The notes below the pieces were generated by a model. It did not search any database. It saw nothing but the letters and a program-made list of their open reading frames with translations, and was not told where the DNA came from. The position numbers were made by a program, and so were the translations under genes. Of a stretch of 64,000 nt of DNA, positions 1 through 8,573 are shown piece after piece (within the stretch, counting starts at the first letter, position 1; each line of letters begins with the position of its first letter). The stretch lies in the NCBI GenBank assembly GCA_963803735.1, contig CAWDNV010000023.1, positions 21,406-85,405 on the forward strand, in the 5' to 3' direction. Origin of the DNA: an uncultured Acidobacteriota bacterium. Its GTDB lineage: Bacteria; Acidobacteriota; Terriglobia; Acidiferrales; UBA7541.

Positions 1-1
1 A

Positions 2-493
2 CAAGCCCAGGACGACCCTGCCATCGCGAAAGCGGTACTGGCCGCCCCGGCCCAACTGCGCGATGGGGCTACCGTGATCAAGTGGAAGCCCGACTTCACC
101 TACGACACATTGAAAAAAGGCACCAGCCGTCTTGTGTGCTACGACCGATCGGGTTTGCCCGAGCAGCAGGCGTTCTCCATTGAGTGCACCAGCGTCGCCA
201 ACCTGGATCGCGTGGCTCAGAATCTGAAGGCCGAAGCACTTGGCGACAAGGCCAAGACGCAAGCGATGCTCGATGCCGAGGAAAAGGACGGAAGCCGCAT
301 CAAGCCGGAATTTGGATCGGTCTGGTATCACATGATGGGCGCCGACCAGGAGCATGCGCGCATGCACATGACCATTGCCGTGCCGGGCGCCACGAGTCAG
401 TCAATGGGGCTGGCGGACAAAGCGGGGCAGGGCACCGTGTGGATTATGAATGCGGGCACTTCGACTGCTCATCTCATGACGCCGGGCGAATAG
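2..493 (+). CDS. Conserved hypothetical protein, C-terminal part. The 5' end lies outside the window.
   Basis: The frame is open from nt 2 (QAQDDPAIAKAV...) into the listed 74..493 ORF, whose GTG is internal. No recognisable motif. Confidence 0.45.
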   Translation, partial: QAQDDPAIAKAVLAAPAQLRDGATVIKWKPDFTYDTLKKGTSRLVCYDRSGLPEQQAFSIECTSVANLDRVAQNLKAEALGDKAKTQAMLDAEEKDGSRIKPEFGSVWYHMMGADQEHARMHMTIAVPGATSQSMGLADKAGQGTVWIMNAGTSTAHLMTPGE

Positions 494-636
494 ACGCCTC
501 GAAGCGATAAATTACAATGGTCTCTCGTTGACCCCGCGTCGCCCGGAATTGGCGGCGGCGCGGTAGCCGCGTTTAGGATCGCGCTTGTTCCGCAAGTGCA
601 AAATCGATCTGCACTGAGCATCGTGGGGCGAGGCAT

Positions 637-664
637 CACTTTATGAAGTCCACTTTATGAAGTC
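637..664 (+). repeat. Perfect 14-nt tandem duplication, CACTTTATGAAGTC x2, covering the start codon of the next CDS.
   Basis: Read directly: copy 1 is 637-650 and copy 2 is 651-664. Each copy carries an ATG (643 and 657). Confidence 0.9.
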
Positions 665-995
665 TCTGGCCTCTGGTGTTTTTCTAGCTCTGCTCGCTAT
701 CGCGGCGCTCACCGCCGCTGCTGACAAGCAGACCTTCACCGGCACCATCACCGACGATATGTGCCCCAAAGCAGATCATTCCCAAATGCAAATGGGGCCA
801 ACGGACGCCGCCTGCGCTATGGCGTGCGTCAGCGTCCATGGCGCGTCATACCTTCTGTACGACGGCAAGAACGCCTACATGCTGAGTGACCAGCGTCAGG
901 CGGAAAAATTCGCGGCGAAAAAGGTGAAGGTCACAGGCACGCTGGACACGAAGACGAAAACGATCCAGGTGGACTCGATTAGCGCTGCAAAATGA
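657..995 (+). CDS. Small exported Cys/His-containing protein of unknown function.
   Basis: N-terminal signal peptide (MKSLASGVFLALLAIAALTAAA). The mature part has CPKADH and ACAMAC motifs and a C-terminal KVKVTGTLD beta-rich segment. Confidence 0.6.
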   Translation: MKSLASGVFLALLAIAALTAAADKQTFTGTITDDMCPKADHSQMQMGPTDAACAMACVSVHGASYLLYDGKNAYMLSDQRQAEKFAAKKVKVTGTLDTKTKTIQVDSISAAK

Positions 996-1127
996 ACCGC
1001 GAATGTCTTGGCCGCGGTCCGCAAAATGTGAGTTTGTGAGTGCGTTTCGTCTAAGCGTTGCCGCATTAGGCTGGCAAAACGGGCCGGTGCTTGCTTTAAA
1101 CTAGCAGCGACCGTAGAATTTTAGATA

Positions 1128-1511
1128 ATGACTTTGGAGCTGAAGGACGACTCCGAGTGGCAGGAGAAGGCGATTAACTCTTCCTTGCACCTGCGCAAGT
1201 GCCTCGCGCCTTTTGTTAGAGGCGCGTTGTTTGCGCTGCTCCTGTTTGCAGTACCCACGCTCACGACGCTGGCAAAAAATAGTTGGTATTTACCGCAATC
1301 AAACCCTGTTCATTATCTGAACATCGCGAGCAAGATGCGGGTGCCCCAAGTTGCCGTCGTTTTGAATAAGGCGCCGCTGCAGCCGATCGCGATGTTGATT
1401 CCGGCGCCGGAAGTCATCCGAAGCACGCGTGAGCCTGATTGGCAGCCTCCTAAGCCTTCGATCGGCGTAACCGTAGCTCTGCAGCATCGATCCCCCCCGT
1501 CTTCCCTCTAG
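1128..1511 (+). CDS. Hypothetical single-pass membrane protein.
   Basis: One hydrophobic helix (GALFALLLFAVPTLTTLA). No known motif. Coding status uncertain. Confidence 0.35.
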   Translation: MTLELKDDSEWQEKAINSSLHLRKCLAPFVRGALFALLLFAVPTLTTLAKNSWYLPQSNPVHYLNIASKMRVPQVAVVLNKAPLQPIAMLIPAPEVIRSTREPDWQPPKPSIGVTVALQHRSPPSSL

Positions 1512-1573
1512 CTTTCCGCCTTTTTTCCAAAAATAGCCTTAGCACCGTGGTGTGATTTCTGGCTTCTCTAATC

Positions 1574-2320
1574 GTGTCGCATATTCGAGAGACTATGGAT
1601 CAGATAAGAAACGCGAGTCGCCTGATGCCAGCTTTATTGGATGAGTTGCGTCAGTTCAGCACGTGTGTGACGGCGAGCGCCATCGAAACGTTCGGCGAGC
1701 GCCTCGCCAATACGGGCTTTGCAAATTCAAGCATTCGCTGCCAATTCAAAGAGCTTCCCGCAGTGGTGGGATACGCGGCTACGGCACGTATCCGCAGCGC
1801 GAATCCACCAATGGACAGCCGCGGCTATTTTTATTACGACCGCGCGGACTGGTGGAATCAGATTCTGACCATTCCCGCGCCGCGAATCGTGGTTATCGAA
1901 GATCTCGACGACCCCGCGGGATTGGGAGCGTTTGTTGGCGCCGTCCACGCAAACATTCTGCGCGCGCTCGGCTGCGTAGCACTGGTGACCAACGGAAGCG
2001 TGCGTGACGTCCCCGATATCCGGCCGACCGGCTTTCAGGTATTTGCCGCTAACGTGGCAGTCTCACACGCATATGCCCATGTGTTCGATTTCGGGAGCGC
2101 CGTGCGCGTAGGGGGATTGAATATCTCGCCGGGCGAACTCGTCCAAGGCGATCTACATGGCGTGCAAACGATACCCCTGGAAATCGCCGATAGGGTTCCT
2201 GCCAAGGCTCGCGATATTCTAAAGCGAAGAAAACGGCTTATAGATCTGTGCCGCTCTGGTGATTTTTCCCTGGAAAAGCTCCAAGAGCTCATAAGGCAAG
2301 AAGAGGAAACAAAGTTATGA
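1574..2320 (+). CDS. RraA-family protein (RNase E regulator / 4-hydroxy-4-methyl-2-oxoglutarate aldolase-like).
   Basis: RraA-like core (GAFVGAVHANILRALGCVALVTNGSVRDV) plus a charged C-terminal tail. Confidence 0.75.
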   Translation: MSHIRETMDQIRNASRLMPALLDELRQFSTCVTASAIETFGERLANTGFANSSIRCQFKELPAVVGYAATARIRSANPPMDSRGYFYYDRADWWNQILTIPAPRIVVIEDLDDPAGLGAFVGAVHANILRALGCVALVTNGSVRDVPDIRPTGFQVFAANVAVSHAYAHVFDFGSAVRVGGLNISPGELVQGDLHGVQTIPLEIADRVPAKARDILKRRKRLIDLCRSGDFSLEKLQELIRQEEETKL

Positions 2321-2411
2321 TTAGTCCTGCCGATCCGAAAAAAGACGCGTTGCATAGCGAGAATGTCTCGCGAGAGCCCAGCGAGATTGTCTCGGCTTCT
2401 AAACTGCCTCA

Positions 2412-3608
2412 TTGGCCTCTGCTGGCATTTCTGACGTGCCTGTGCTTTTCGCTGGCTGCGCCCGAACGGGCAAAGTGGATGCGGCTGCCAGCGCCCCCGT
2501 GGTTGCCGTCGTCACGGTTGCGCGCCACGATCTTTCGAACACGCTGGAAATTGCTTCTGAATTCGAGCCTTACCAGGAGATAGAGGTTTATGCCAAAGTC
2601 TCCGGATATATTCAGAAGCTCTACGTGGATTGGGGCACTCACGTCAAGGAAGGGCAGCCGCTGGCGGATCTGGAGATTCCGGAACTACAGCAGCAACTGC
2701 AGGAAGACCAAGCTACCATCCACCGCAATGAGAGTGAGTTGGACCGCGCTCACGAGGAACTCAACCGAGCAACCTCCGCCTATAAAGTCGCTCATCTGAC
2801 TTACTCACGTCTGGCCGACGTGCAGAAATCCCAGCCAGGACTGATTGCCCAGCAAGACATCGACGTTTCTGAAGGAAAGGACGTGGAAGCCAACGCCGGA
2901 GTCTCCGCCGCCAAGGACGCCCTCGCATCGGCGGAACAGGCCATCGCAGCAGCGAAAGCGACGCTGGATAAAGACAAGGCGCTTTACTCCTATTCTCACA
3001 TAGCCGCGCCTTTCGAAGGTGTGGTGACCCGCCTGTACGCATACAAGGGAGCCCTTTTGCCCGGGGGGACCTCCTCGAACATTGGTACTCAGGCGCTCTG
3101 CCGCCTATCGCAAAACAATCTCCTTCGTCTAGTGATTCCCGTACCCGAAAGAGCCGTGCCCGATCTTCACCTGGGTGAAAAAATTGACGTCAAAATATCT
3201 TCAACAGGGAAGAACTTTACGGGAAAGGTCATTCGCGTCTCCGATCAAATCGACATGCAAACCCGCACCATGCACACCGAAGTGGAAGTGCCCAATCCGA
3301 GTTACGAACTCATACCCGGAATGTACGCTTCTGCAGAAATCCCTTTGCAGACAGCTCAGAACGCGCTGACCCTGCCAACTCAAGCTGTTCAGCCTAACGG
3401 GGCCGATAAGGGGACCGTCCTGTTCGTAAACAGCGCCAATCAGATCGAGCGACGCACCGTCACGCTTGGCCTGCAGACGGGAACGCAAGTCGAGATCGTC
3501 TCGGGCCTGAATGAAAATGATCGCGTGATTTTTGGATCTCAGGGCCAGTATCAGCCGGGTGAGCTGGTCTCCCCGAAAGTCGTCGAGGCTCAAGGAATGG
3601 AGCAGTAA
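2412..3608 (+). CDS. RND efflux periplasmic adaptor (HlyD/MFP family). The start is unresolved.
   Basis: Lipoyl-like hairpin motif (YAKVSGYIQKLYVDWGTHVKEGQPLADLE), a coiled-coil region and a beta-barrel C-terminus. The only in-frame starts are TTG or GTG. See the finding on 2317..2583. Confidence 0.85.
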   Translation: MASAGISDVPVLFAGCARTGKVDAAASAPVVAVVTVARHDLSNTLEIASEFEPYQEIEVYAKVSGYIQKLYVDWGTHVKEGQPLADLEIPELQQQLQEDQATIHRNESELDRAHEELNRATSAYKVAHLTYSRLADVQKSQPGLIAQQDIDVSEGKDVEANAGVSAAKDALASAEQAIAAAKATLDKDKALYSYSHIAAPFEGVVTRLYAYKGALLPGGTSSNIGTQALCRLSQNNLLRLVIPVPERAVPDLHLGEKIDVKISSTGKNFTGKVIRVSDQIDMQTRTMHTEVEVPNPSYELIPGMYASAEIPLQTAQNALTLPTQAVQPNGADKGTVLFVNSANQIERRTVTLGLQTGTQVEIVSGLNENDRVIFGSQGQYQPGELVSPKVVEAQGMEQ

Positions 3609-3611
3609 CCC

Positions 3612-6600
3612 ATGCCCTCCTTTTCCATTCGACATCCCTACCTGATTATCGTTTTTTGCCTCGTAGTTGTAGTGGTCGGCATCACCAGCATGGCGCAGAT
3701 GCCCGTGGATATGTTTCCGCCGATCAATATTCCGGTTGTCCTGGTGGCGACCTTCTATAACGGTATGCCGCCGCAGCAGATTGAAGCAGACATTACGGAC
3801 ACCTTCGAACGGTTCTTCACATTGGCCGCCGGCGTGGACCACATGGAGTCACGTTCGCTGACGGGCGTGAGCCTGATCAAGATCTATTTCCAGCCGGGCA
3901 CCGATGCCAATGCCGACGTTACGCAGGTATCCAATCTCGCCATGGCGGATTTAAGGCGATTGCCGGAAGGCACGCTGCCGCCGGTGGTGCTTCAGGTTAG
4001 CGCTTCGAGCCAGCCAGTGGTCCTGTTAACCGTGCAGGACCCGAACCTGAATGAAACGCAGCTTCACGATTACCTGCAGTATCAGGTACGAAACCAAATT
4101 GCGGGTGTTCCCGGCGCCACGGTTCCTCCGCCTTTCGGTGGCAAGTATCGGCAACTGATGATTTACGTGGATCCCGTAAAGTTGCAGGCTCATGAGTTGA
4201 GCCCCATGGATGTCGTGCGTGCGACCAATTCCTCCAATCTGATCTTGCCCGCCGGCGACGTGCGTATGGGAGCGATGGATTACAACATCTACACCAACGC
4301 CCAGGTTCCCAATGCCCAATCTCTGAATGAGATTCCGGTGAAGACTGAGGGCCAGCAGTCAGTGTTCGTGTCCGATGTGGGCAAGGCGGTGGACGGTTCT
4401 TACCTGCAATACAACATCGTTCGGGTGGATGGCCAGAAATCGGTCTATGTGGGAGTTCAGAAGCAGGGCGGAAACACCAACACAATCGCGGTGGTCAATG
4501 GAATCCGGAAAGCCATCCAGAGTCTTAGAGACATCCCGTCGGAGCTGAAGGCCAGCGTCGTTTTCGATCAGTCGGTGTTCGTGCGGGAAGCGATCTCCAC
4601 AGTGCTCCGCGAAGGCGGCATAGGAATCTTCCTCACCGGATTGATGATTCTTTTATTTCTGGGCAGCTTCAGGGCAACGGTAGCGATTTTTCTATCTCTT
4701 CCCCTTTCAGTGCTGATTGCTTTTACCGTCCTTCACATGATGGGCAAGTCAATCGATGCCATGGTTTTGAGCGGTCTGGCCCTGGCTTTTTCGCGGTTGA
4801 TCGATGACTCGGTCGTCGTGATTGAAAACGTGTATCGGCACATGGAGTTGGGTGAAGAACCTAGAGTGGCAGCCGAAAAAGGAGCCAATGAGGTCGCATT
4901 GGCGGTGCTGGCCATCATGCTCGTCGCCGTTGTGGTGTTCTTCCCGGTCACATTTCTGTTTGGCGTAAGCAAGTATTTGTTCACGGCTCTCGCTTTGGGT
5001 GTGGTGATCGCGCTCTTTGCGTCCTACTTTGACGCTATGACCGTGGTGCCCTTGTTCTGCGCAAATTTCCTGAAGGCTGAGCATCACGGCATTGGCGAGG
5101 GCCACGAAAAGCAGTCCTGGGGAAAAAGGTTTCACGCCGGATTCAATCGCAAATTCGAAGTCATGTTGAACTGCTATGAAAAATGGGTGCGCCGGGCGCT
5201 CGATCGGCCCTGGACCACTGTGTTAGGTTTCCTTGCCTGCTTCTTCGCCTGTTTCCTCCTGATTCCGTTTGTGGGTATGTCGTTCTTTCCGCGCACAGAC
5301 GCAGGCCAGTTCATGATCAATCTCAAGGCCCCTACCGGCACGCGCATTGAAATCACGAACGACTACGTGGCAAAAGTTGAAAATATTGTGCGGCAAGTTG
5401 TTCGGCCTGGCGATCTGGAAACGGTGGTTTCCAATATCGGGGTGATGCCCGATCTTTCTTCACTCTTTACGCCCAACTCTGGAATGCATACGGCTTTCAT
5501 TCAGGTGGGACTGAAGGAAGATCACGCTGTCAGCAGCTTCACTTACATGGATGAGGTCCGCAACCGGATCGCGCAGCAACTGCCTGAGTTGCGCACCTAC
5601 CTTCAGTCCGGCGGCATTGTAGACGCAGTGCTCAGTCAAGGAGTGCCGGCGCCATTTGACCTGCAGGTGAGCGGCATCGATATGAGCACGGATAACCAAA
5701 TTGCCCAGAAGCTCGTGCAGCAGATCAAGGGCCTGCCGGGAGTCTCGGACGTCTTCATCCCGCAGGACATCGATTATCCCGGATTGCAAGTGGATGTGAA
5801 CCGCGCGCGCGCCGCCGAATTGGGTTTGCAGCCTAAGGAGGTGATCGACAATATGATTACCGCTCTCACTTCGAACGAGATGATTGCTCCCAGCTACTGG
5901 GTTGACCCTCGTTCGGGGAACAACTACTTCGTGACCGTGCAGTATCCCGAAAATCAGGTAAAGAGCATCGAGTCTCTCAAAGCTATGCCATTGCGTGCGC
6001 CAAACTTGAAGTTGCCCACGTATCTCGATCAGGTTGCCACCGTTACACCCATCCTGACCCCCACGGAAGTCGACCACTATCAGTTGGAGCGAAACTTTGA
6101 CATCTATGTGGCTCCTACCGGGGAGGATTTAGGCAAGCTATCCAAGGCAATTTCCACGGTGATCGCAAACACCAAGTTGCCACCCAATTTTCGAATCGAC
6201 CTGCGCGGGCTCGTTGTCACGATGAACGAATCGTTCAAGAGTTTTGGGTTTGGTTTGTTTCTCGCCATCGTGCTGGTCTATCTCATCCTGGTTGCGCAAT
6301 TCAAATCATTTATCGATCCACTCCTGATCGTGCTCGCCGTTCCCACGGGTATCGTCGGTGTGATCCTTACACTCGTTTTGACGGGCACCACCTTGAATAT
6401 TCAATCTCTCATGGGGATTGTGATGCTGCAAGGCATGGTGGTTTCGAACAGCATTCTGATTGTCGATTTTTCGAATGTGCTTCGCGGCGAGGGCCACAGT
6501 GCCGCGGAAGCAGTCGCTCGCGCCTGTCGCATTCGCCTGCGGCCGATCCTTATGACTTCACTGGCTACCGTCGTTGGCCTGCTGCCGATGGCATTCAAAC

Positions 6601-6764
6601 TCGAAGCCGGAAGCGAGGCTTACGCTCCGCTGGCGCGCGCCATTATAGGAGGCCTGCTTTCTTCCATCGTGCTCACGATTTTTGTGGTTCCAGCGGCATA
6701 CCTGCTGATTTATCGCCGTCGAGAACAGATCCAAATGCAGACGCCGGTAGTGGAGGCGCAATGA
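3612..6764 (+). CDS. RND efflux pump inner-membrane permease (AcrB/AcrD/AcrF family).
   Basis: 1050 aa with 12-TM architecture and two large periplasmic loops. Typical N-terminus (IRHPYLIIVFCLVVVVVG). Confidence 0.95.
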   Translation: MPSFSIRHPYLIIVFCLVVVVVGITSMAQMPVDMFPPINIPVVLVATFYNGMPPQQIEADITDTFERFFTLAAGVDHMESRSLTGVSLIKIYFQPGTDANADVTQVSNLAMADLRRLPEGTLPPVVLQVSASSQPVVLLTVQDPNLNETQLHDYLQYQVRNQIAGVPGATVPPPFGGKYRQLMIYVDPVKLQAHELSPMDVVRATNSSNLILPAGDVRMGAMDYNIYTNAQVPNAQSLNEIPVKTEGQQSVFVSDVGKAVDGSYLQYNIVRVDGQKSVYVGVQKQGGNTNTIAVVNGIRKAIQSLRDIPSELKASVVFDQSVFVREAISTVLREGGIGIFLTGLMILLFLGSFRATVAIFLSLPLSVLIAFTVLHMMGKSIDAMVLSGLALAFSRLIDDSVVVIENVYRHMELGEEPRVAAEKGANEVALAVLAIMLVAVVVFFPVTFLFGVSKYLFTALALGVVIALFASYFDAMTVVPLFCANFLKAEHHGIGEGHEKQSWGKRFHAGFNRKFEVMLNCYEKWVRRALDRPWTTVLGFLACFFACFLLIPFVGMSFFPRTDAGQFMINLKAPTGTRIEITNDYVAKVENIVRQVVRPGDLETVVSNIGVMPDLSSLFTPNSGMHTAFIQVGLKEDHAVSSFTYMDEVRNRIAQQLPELRTYLQSGGIVDAVLSQGVPAPFDLQVSGIDMSTDNQIAQKLVQQIKGLPGVSDVFIPQDIDYPGLQVDVNRARAAELGLQPKEVIDNMITALTSNEMIAPSYWVDPRSGNNYFVTVQYPENQVKSIESLKAMPLRAPNLKLPTYLDQVATVTPILTPTEVDHYQLERNFDIYVAPTGEDLGKLSKAISTVIANTKLPPNFRIDLRGLVVTMNESFKSFGFGLFLAIVLVYLILVAQFKSFIDPLLIVLAVPTGIVGVILTLVLTGTTLNIQSLMGIVMLQGMVVSNSILIVDFSNVLRGEGHSAAEAVARACRIRLRPILMTSLATVVGLLPMAFKLEAGSEAYAPLARAIIGGLLSSIVLTIFVVPAAYLLIYRRREQIQMQTPVVEAQ

Positions 6765-8065
6765 GAATCGTAAGGCGGCTGTTAATTTATTCTGCCGCAG
6801 CGGCATTCTTTCCGGCTCTGGCTTCAGCTCAAACAGCCCAGACTCTTGACTTGCAGCAGGCCGAACAAATCGCGATTCAGAATCACCCGCAAATCCAAGT
6901 TGCAACGGCGCTTGCCTCGGCAGCCGATGCGCAACGCCGGGAGGTTCGGGCCTCCTATTATCCGACCGTTACAGGAGCCATCTCGGGCGCGGAAGCCAAC
7001 GATACGAACCGTATCGGCGCCGGAGTTCTGAACGATCCGCGGATTTTCCCCAAGTTTGCCCAGGGCTTTCAAGTCAACCAATTGCTCACGGATTTTGGAC
7101 GCACACACCAGCTCGTGAAGAGCGCGAGCCTGCATGCGCAGGCTCAGGAAGAGAACATCGTCACCTCGCGCGCTGACGTTCTGCTGCAGGTCGACAGATT
7201 CTACTACGGCGTCTTGAGAGCGCAGGCTTTGCTGCGTGTCGCGCAGCAGACCGTCGGGGAGCGCCAGCTTGTATCCGATCAAGTCACCCAATTGGCGGCG
7301 AATCAGCTCAAGTCGCAACTGGATGTGAGCTTTGCGAATGTGGACTTAGCGCAATCCCAGCTTCTGTTGATTCAGGCGCAAAACAATCTCCAGACTTCGT
7401 ATGCGGACCTAACCCGTGCGCTCGGTTTTGCGGATCAGAGAACCTACCAATTGATGGAACCAGGGCCACCCGCCGGCCCTCCGACCGAGCTCGCAGGCCT
7501 GATCCAGCAAGCGATAATGAACCGGCCGGAACTCGTCAGCGGACGCCTGGAAATAAATGCGGCGCAAACCTTCGTCACGGCGGAGCGCGATCTCTGGCTC
7601 CCGAACATCAGCGCCGTCGGCGCCGCCGGTCTCATCCCGCTGCACGTAGTGACCACCGCTTCGGGCCTCAACGACGAGTACGCGGCTGCTGGATTCAACA
7701 TGACGATACCGATTTTCAATGGGCACTTGTTCGGCGCCCTTCGGAACGAGGCGTCCGCCCGCTTCACCGCACAGCAGCAGAATAATCGGGACTTGCTCGA
7801 TCGGATTGTGCGAGATGTGACCCAGGCCTGGAACGATGCGAACTCTGGATACCAGCGTCTATCTGTGGTGCAGCAGCTTGTGAATCAGGCGACGTTGGCT
7901 TTGAGCCTGGCTCAGTCGCGATATCAGTTGGGATTGAGTTCTATCGTTGAATTCACGCAGGCGCAATTAAATCTTACGCAGGCGCAAATCGAGCAGGTTA
8001 ACGCAGCCTATGACTACGACACTCAATTGTCCGTGCTGAACTACTCGATAGGGAATCTCCGCTAA
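6761..8065 (+). CDS. TolC-family outer membrane efflux protein.
   Basis: Signal peptide and a duplicated OEP coiled-coil repeat architecture. 4-nt overlap with the pump gene. Confidence 0.9.
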   Translation: MRIVRRLLIYSAAAAFFPALASAQTAQTLDLQQAEQIAIQNHPQIQVATALASAADAQRREVRASYYPTVTGAISGAEANDTNRIGAGVLNDPRIFPKFAQGFQVNQLLTDFGRTHQLVKSASLHAQAQEENIVTSRADVLLQVDRFYYGVLRAQALLRVAQQTVGERQLVSDQVTQLAANQLKSQLDVSFANVDLAQSQLLLIQAQNNLQTSYADLTRALGFADQRTYQLMEPGPPAGPPTELAGLIQQAIMNRPELVSGRLEINAAQTFVTAERDLWLPNISAVGAAGLIPLHVVTTASGLNDEYAAAGFNMTIPIFNGHLFGALRNEASARFTAQQQNNRDLLDRIVRDVTQAWNDANSGYQRLSVVQQLVNQATLALSLAQSRYQLGLSSIVEFTQAQLNLTQAQIEQVNAAYDYDTQLSVLNYSIGNLR

Positions 8066-8122
8066 GAAAGTGTCCCTAGCGGGCAGCAATGCCAGCGTGT
8101 GAGACCATTTATGCCGCCAGCC

Positions 8123-8266
8123 TCACAAGAGCAGTAAGATGATCACGATAATCAGCAGAATTCCCAGTCCGCCGCTCGGGTAATATCCCCAGGCGTGGCT
8201 GTATGGCCAAGCCGGCAGCACTCCCAATAGCGCCAGGATCAGAATAACCAGCAATACGGTGAGCAT
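8123..8266 (-). CDS. 47-aa small membrane protein, DUF3309-like.
   Basis: Hand translation gives MLTVLLVILILALLGVLPAWPYSHAWGYYPSGGLGILLIIVIILLLL, running ATG to TGA. It falls below the length cutoff of the ORF track. Confidence 0.55.
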   Translation of the reverse strand: MLTVLLVILILALLGVLPAWPYSHAWGYYPSGGLGILLIIVIILLLL

Positions 8267-8573
8267 GAGTAGCGTCCCTTTCCACTAGCATCGACCCTCA
8301 AATGATGAGATGGAAAAAACTCGGCACAGGTGCAGGTACAAATTTGTTTAACGCGCAGGGTGCCGGGCCTTAGATTGCCGCAATTTGCGCCTGAGATCTG
8401 CGCGCTAGAAAAGCTACGCAAAAGATTCTGCCGCCCATTTTCTTTGACAGGCTCTTCGCTGTTATGATACATGCCGTTCGTGGCACAAATGCCGCAACCA
8501 AGGTCTGATGCTGCGCAGTTCAGGCGATAGGGCGCTCCTGCAGGGCGAACTCGAATCCAAAAAGAGGTGATCT

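Noticed and set aside
3201-3842. 213-aa minus-strand ORF.
   Set aside because: It is antisense across the adaptor/pump junction and has no motif.
8445-8469. TTGACA ... TATGAT promoter-like hexamers upstream of the LVIVD gene.
   Set aside because: The spacer is only 13 nt by my count, too short for a sigma-70-type promoter. Hexamers at 16-17 nt spacing are poor matches.
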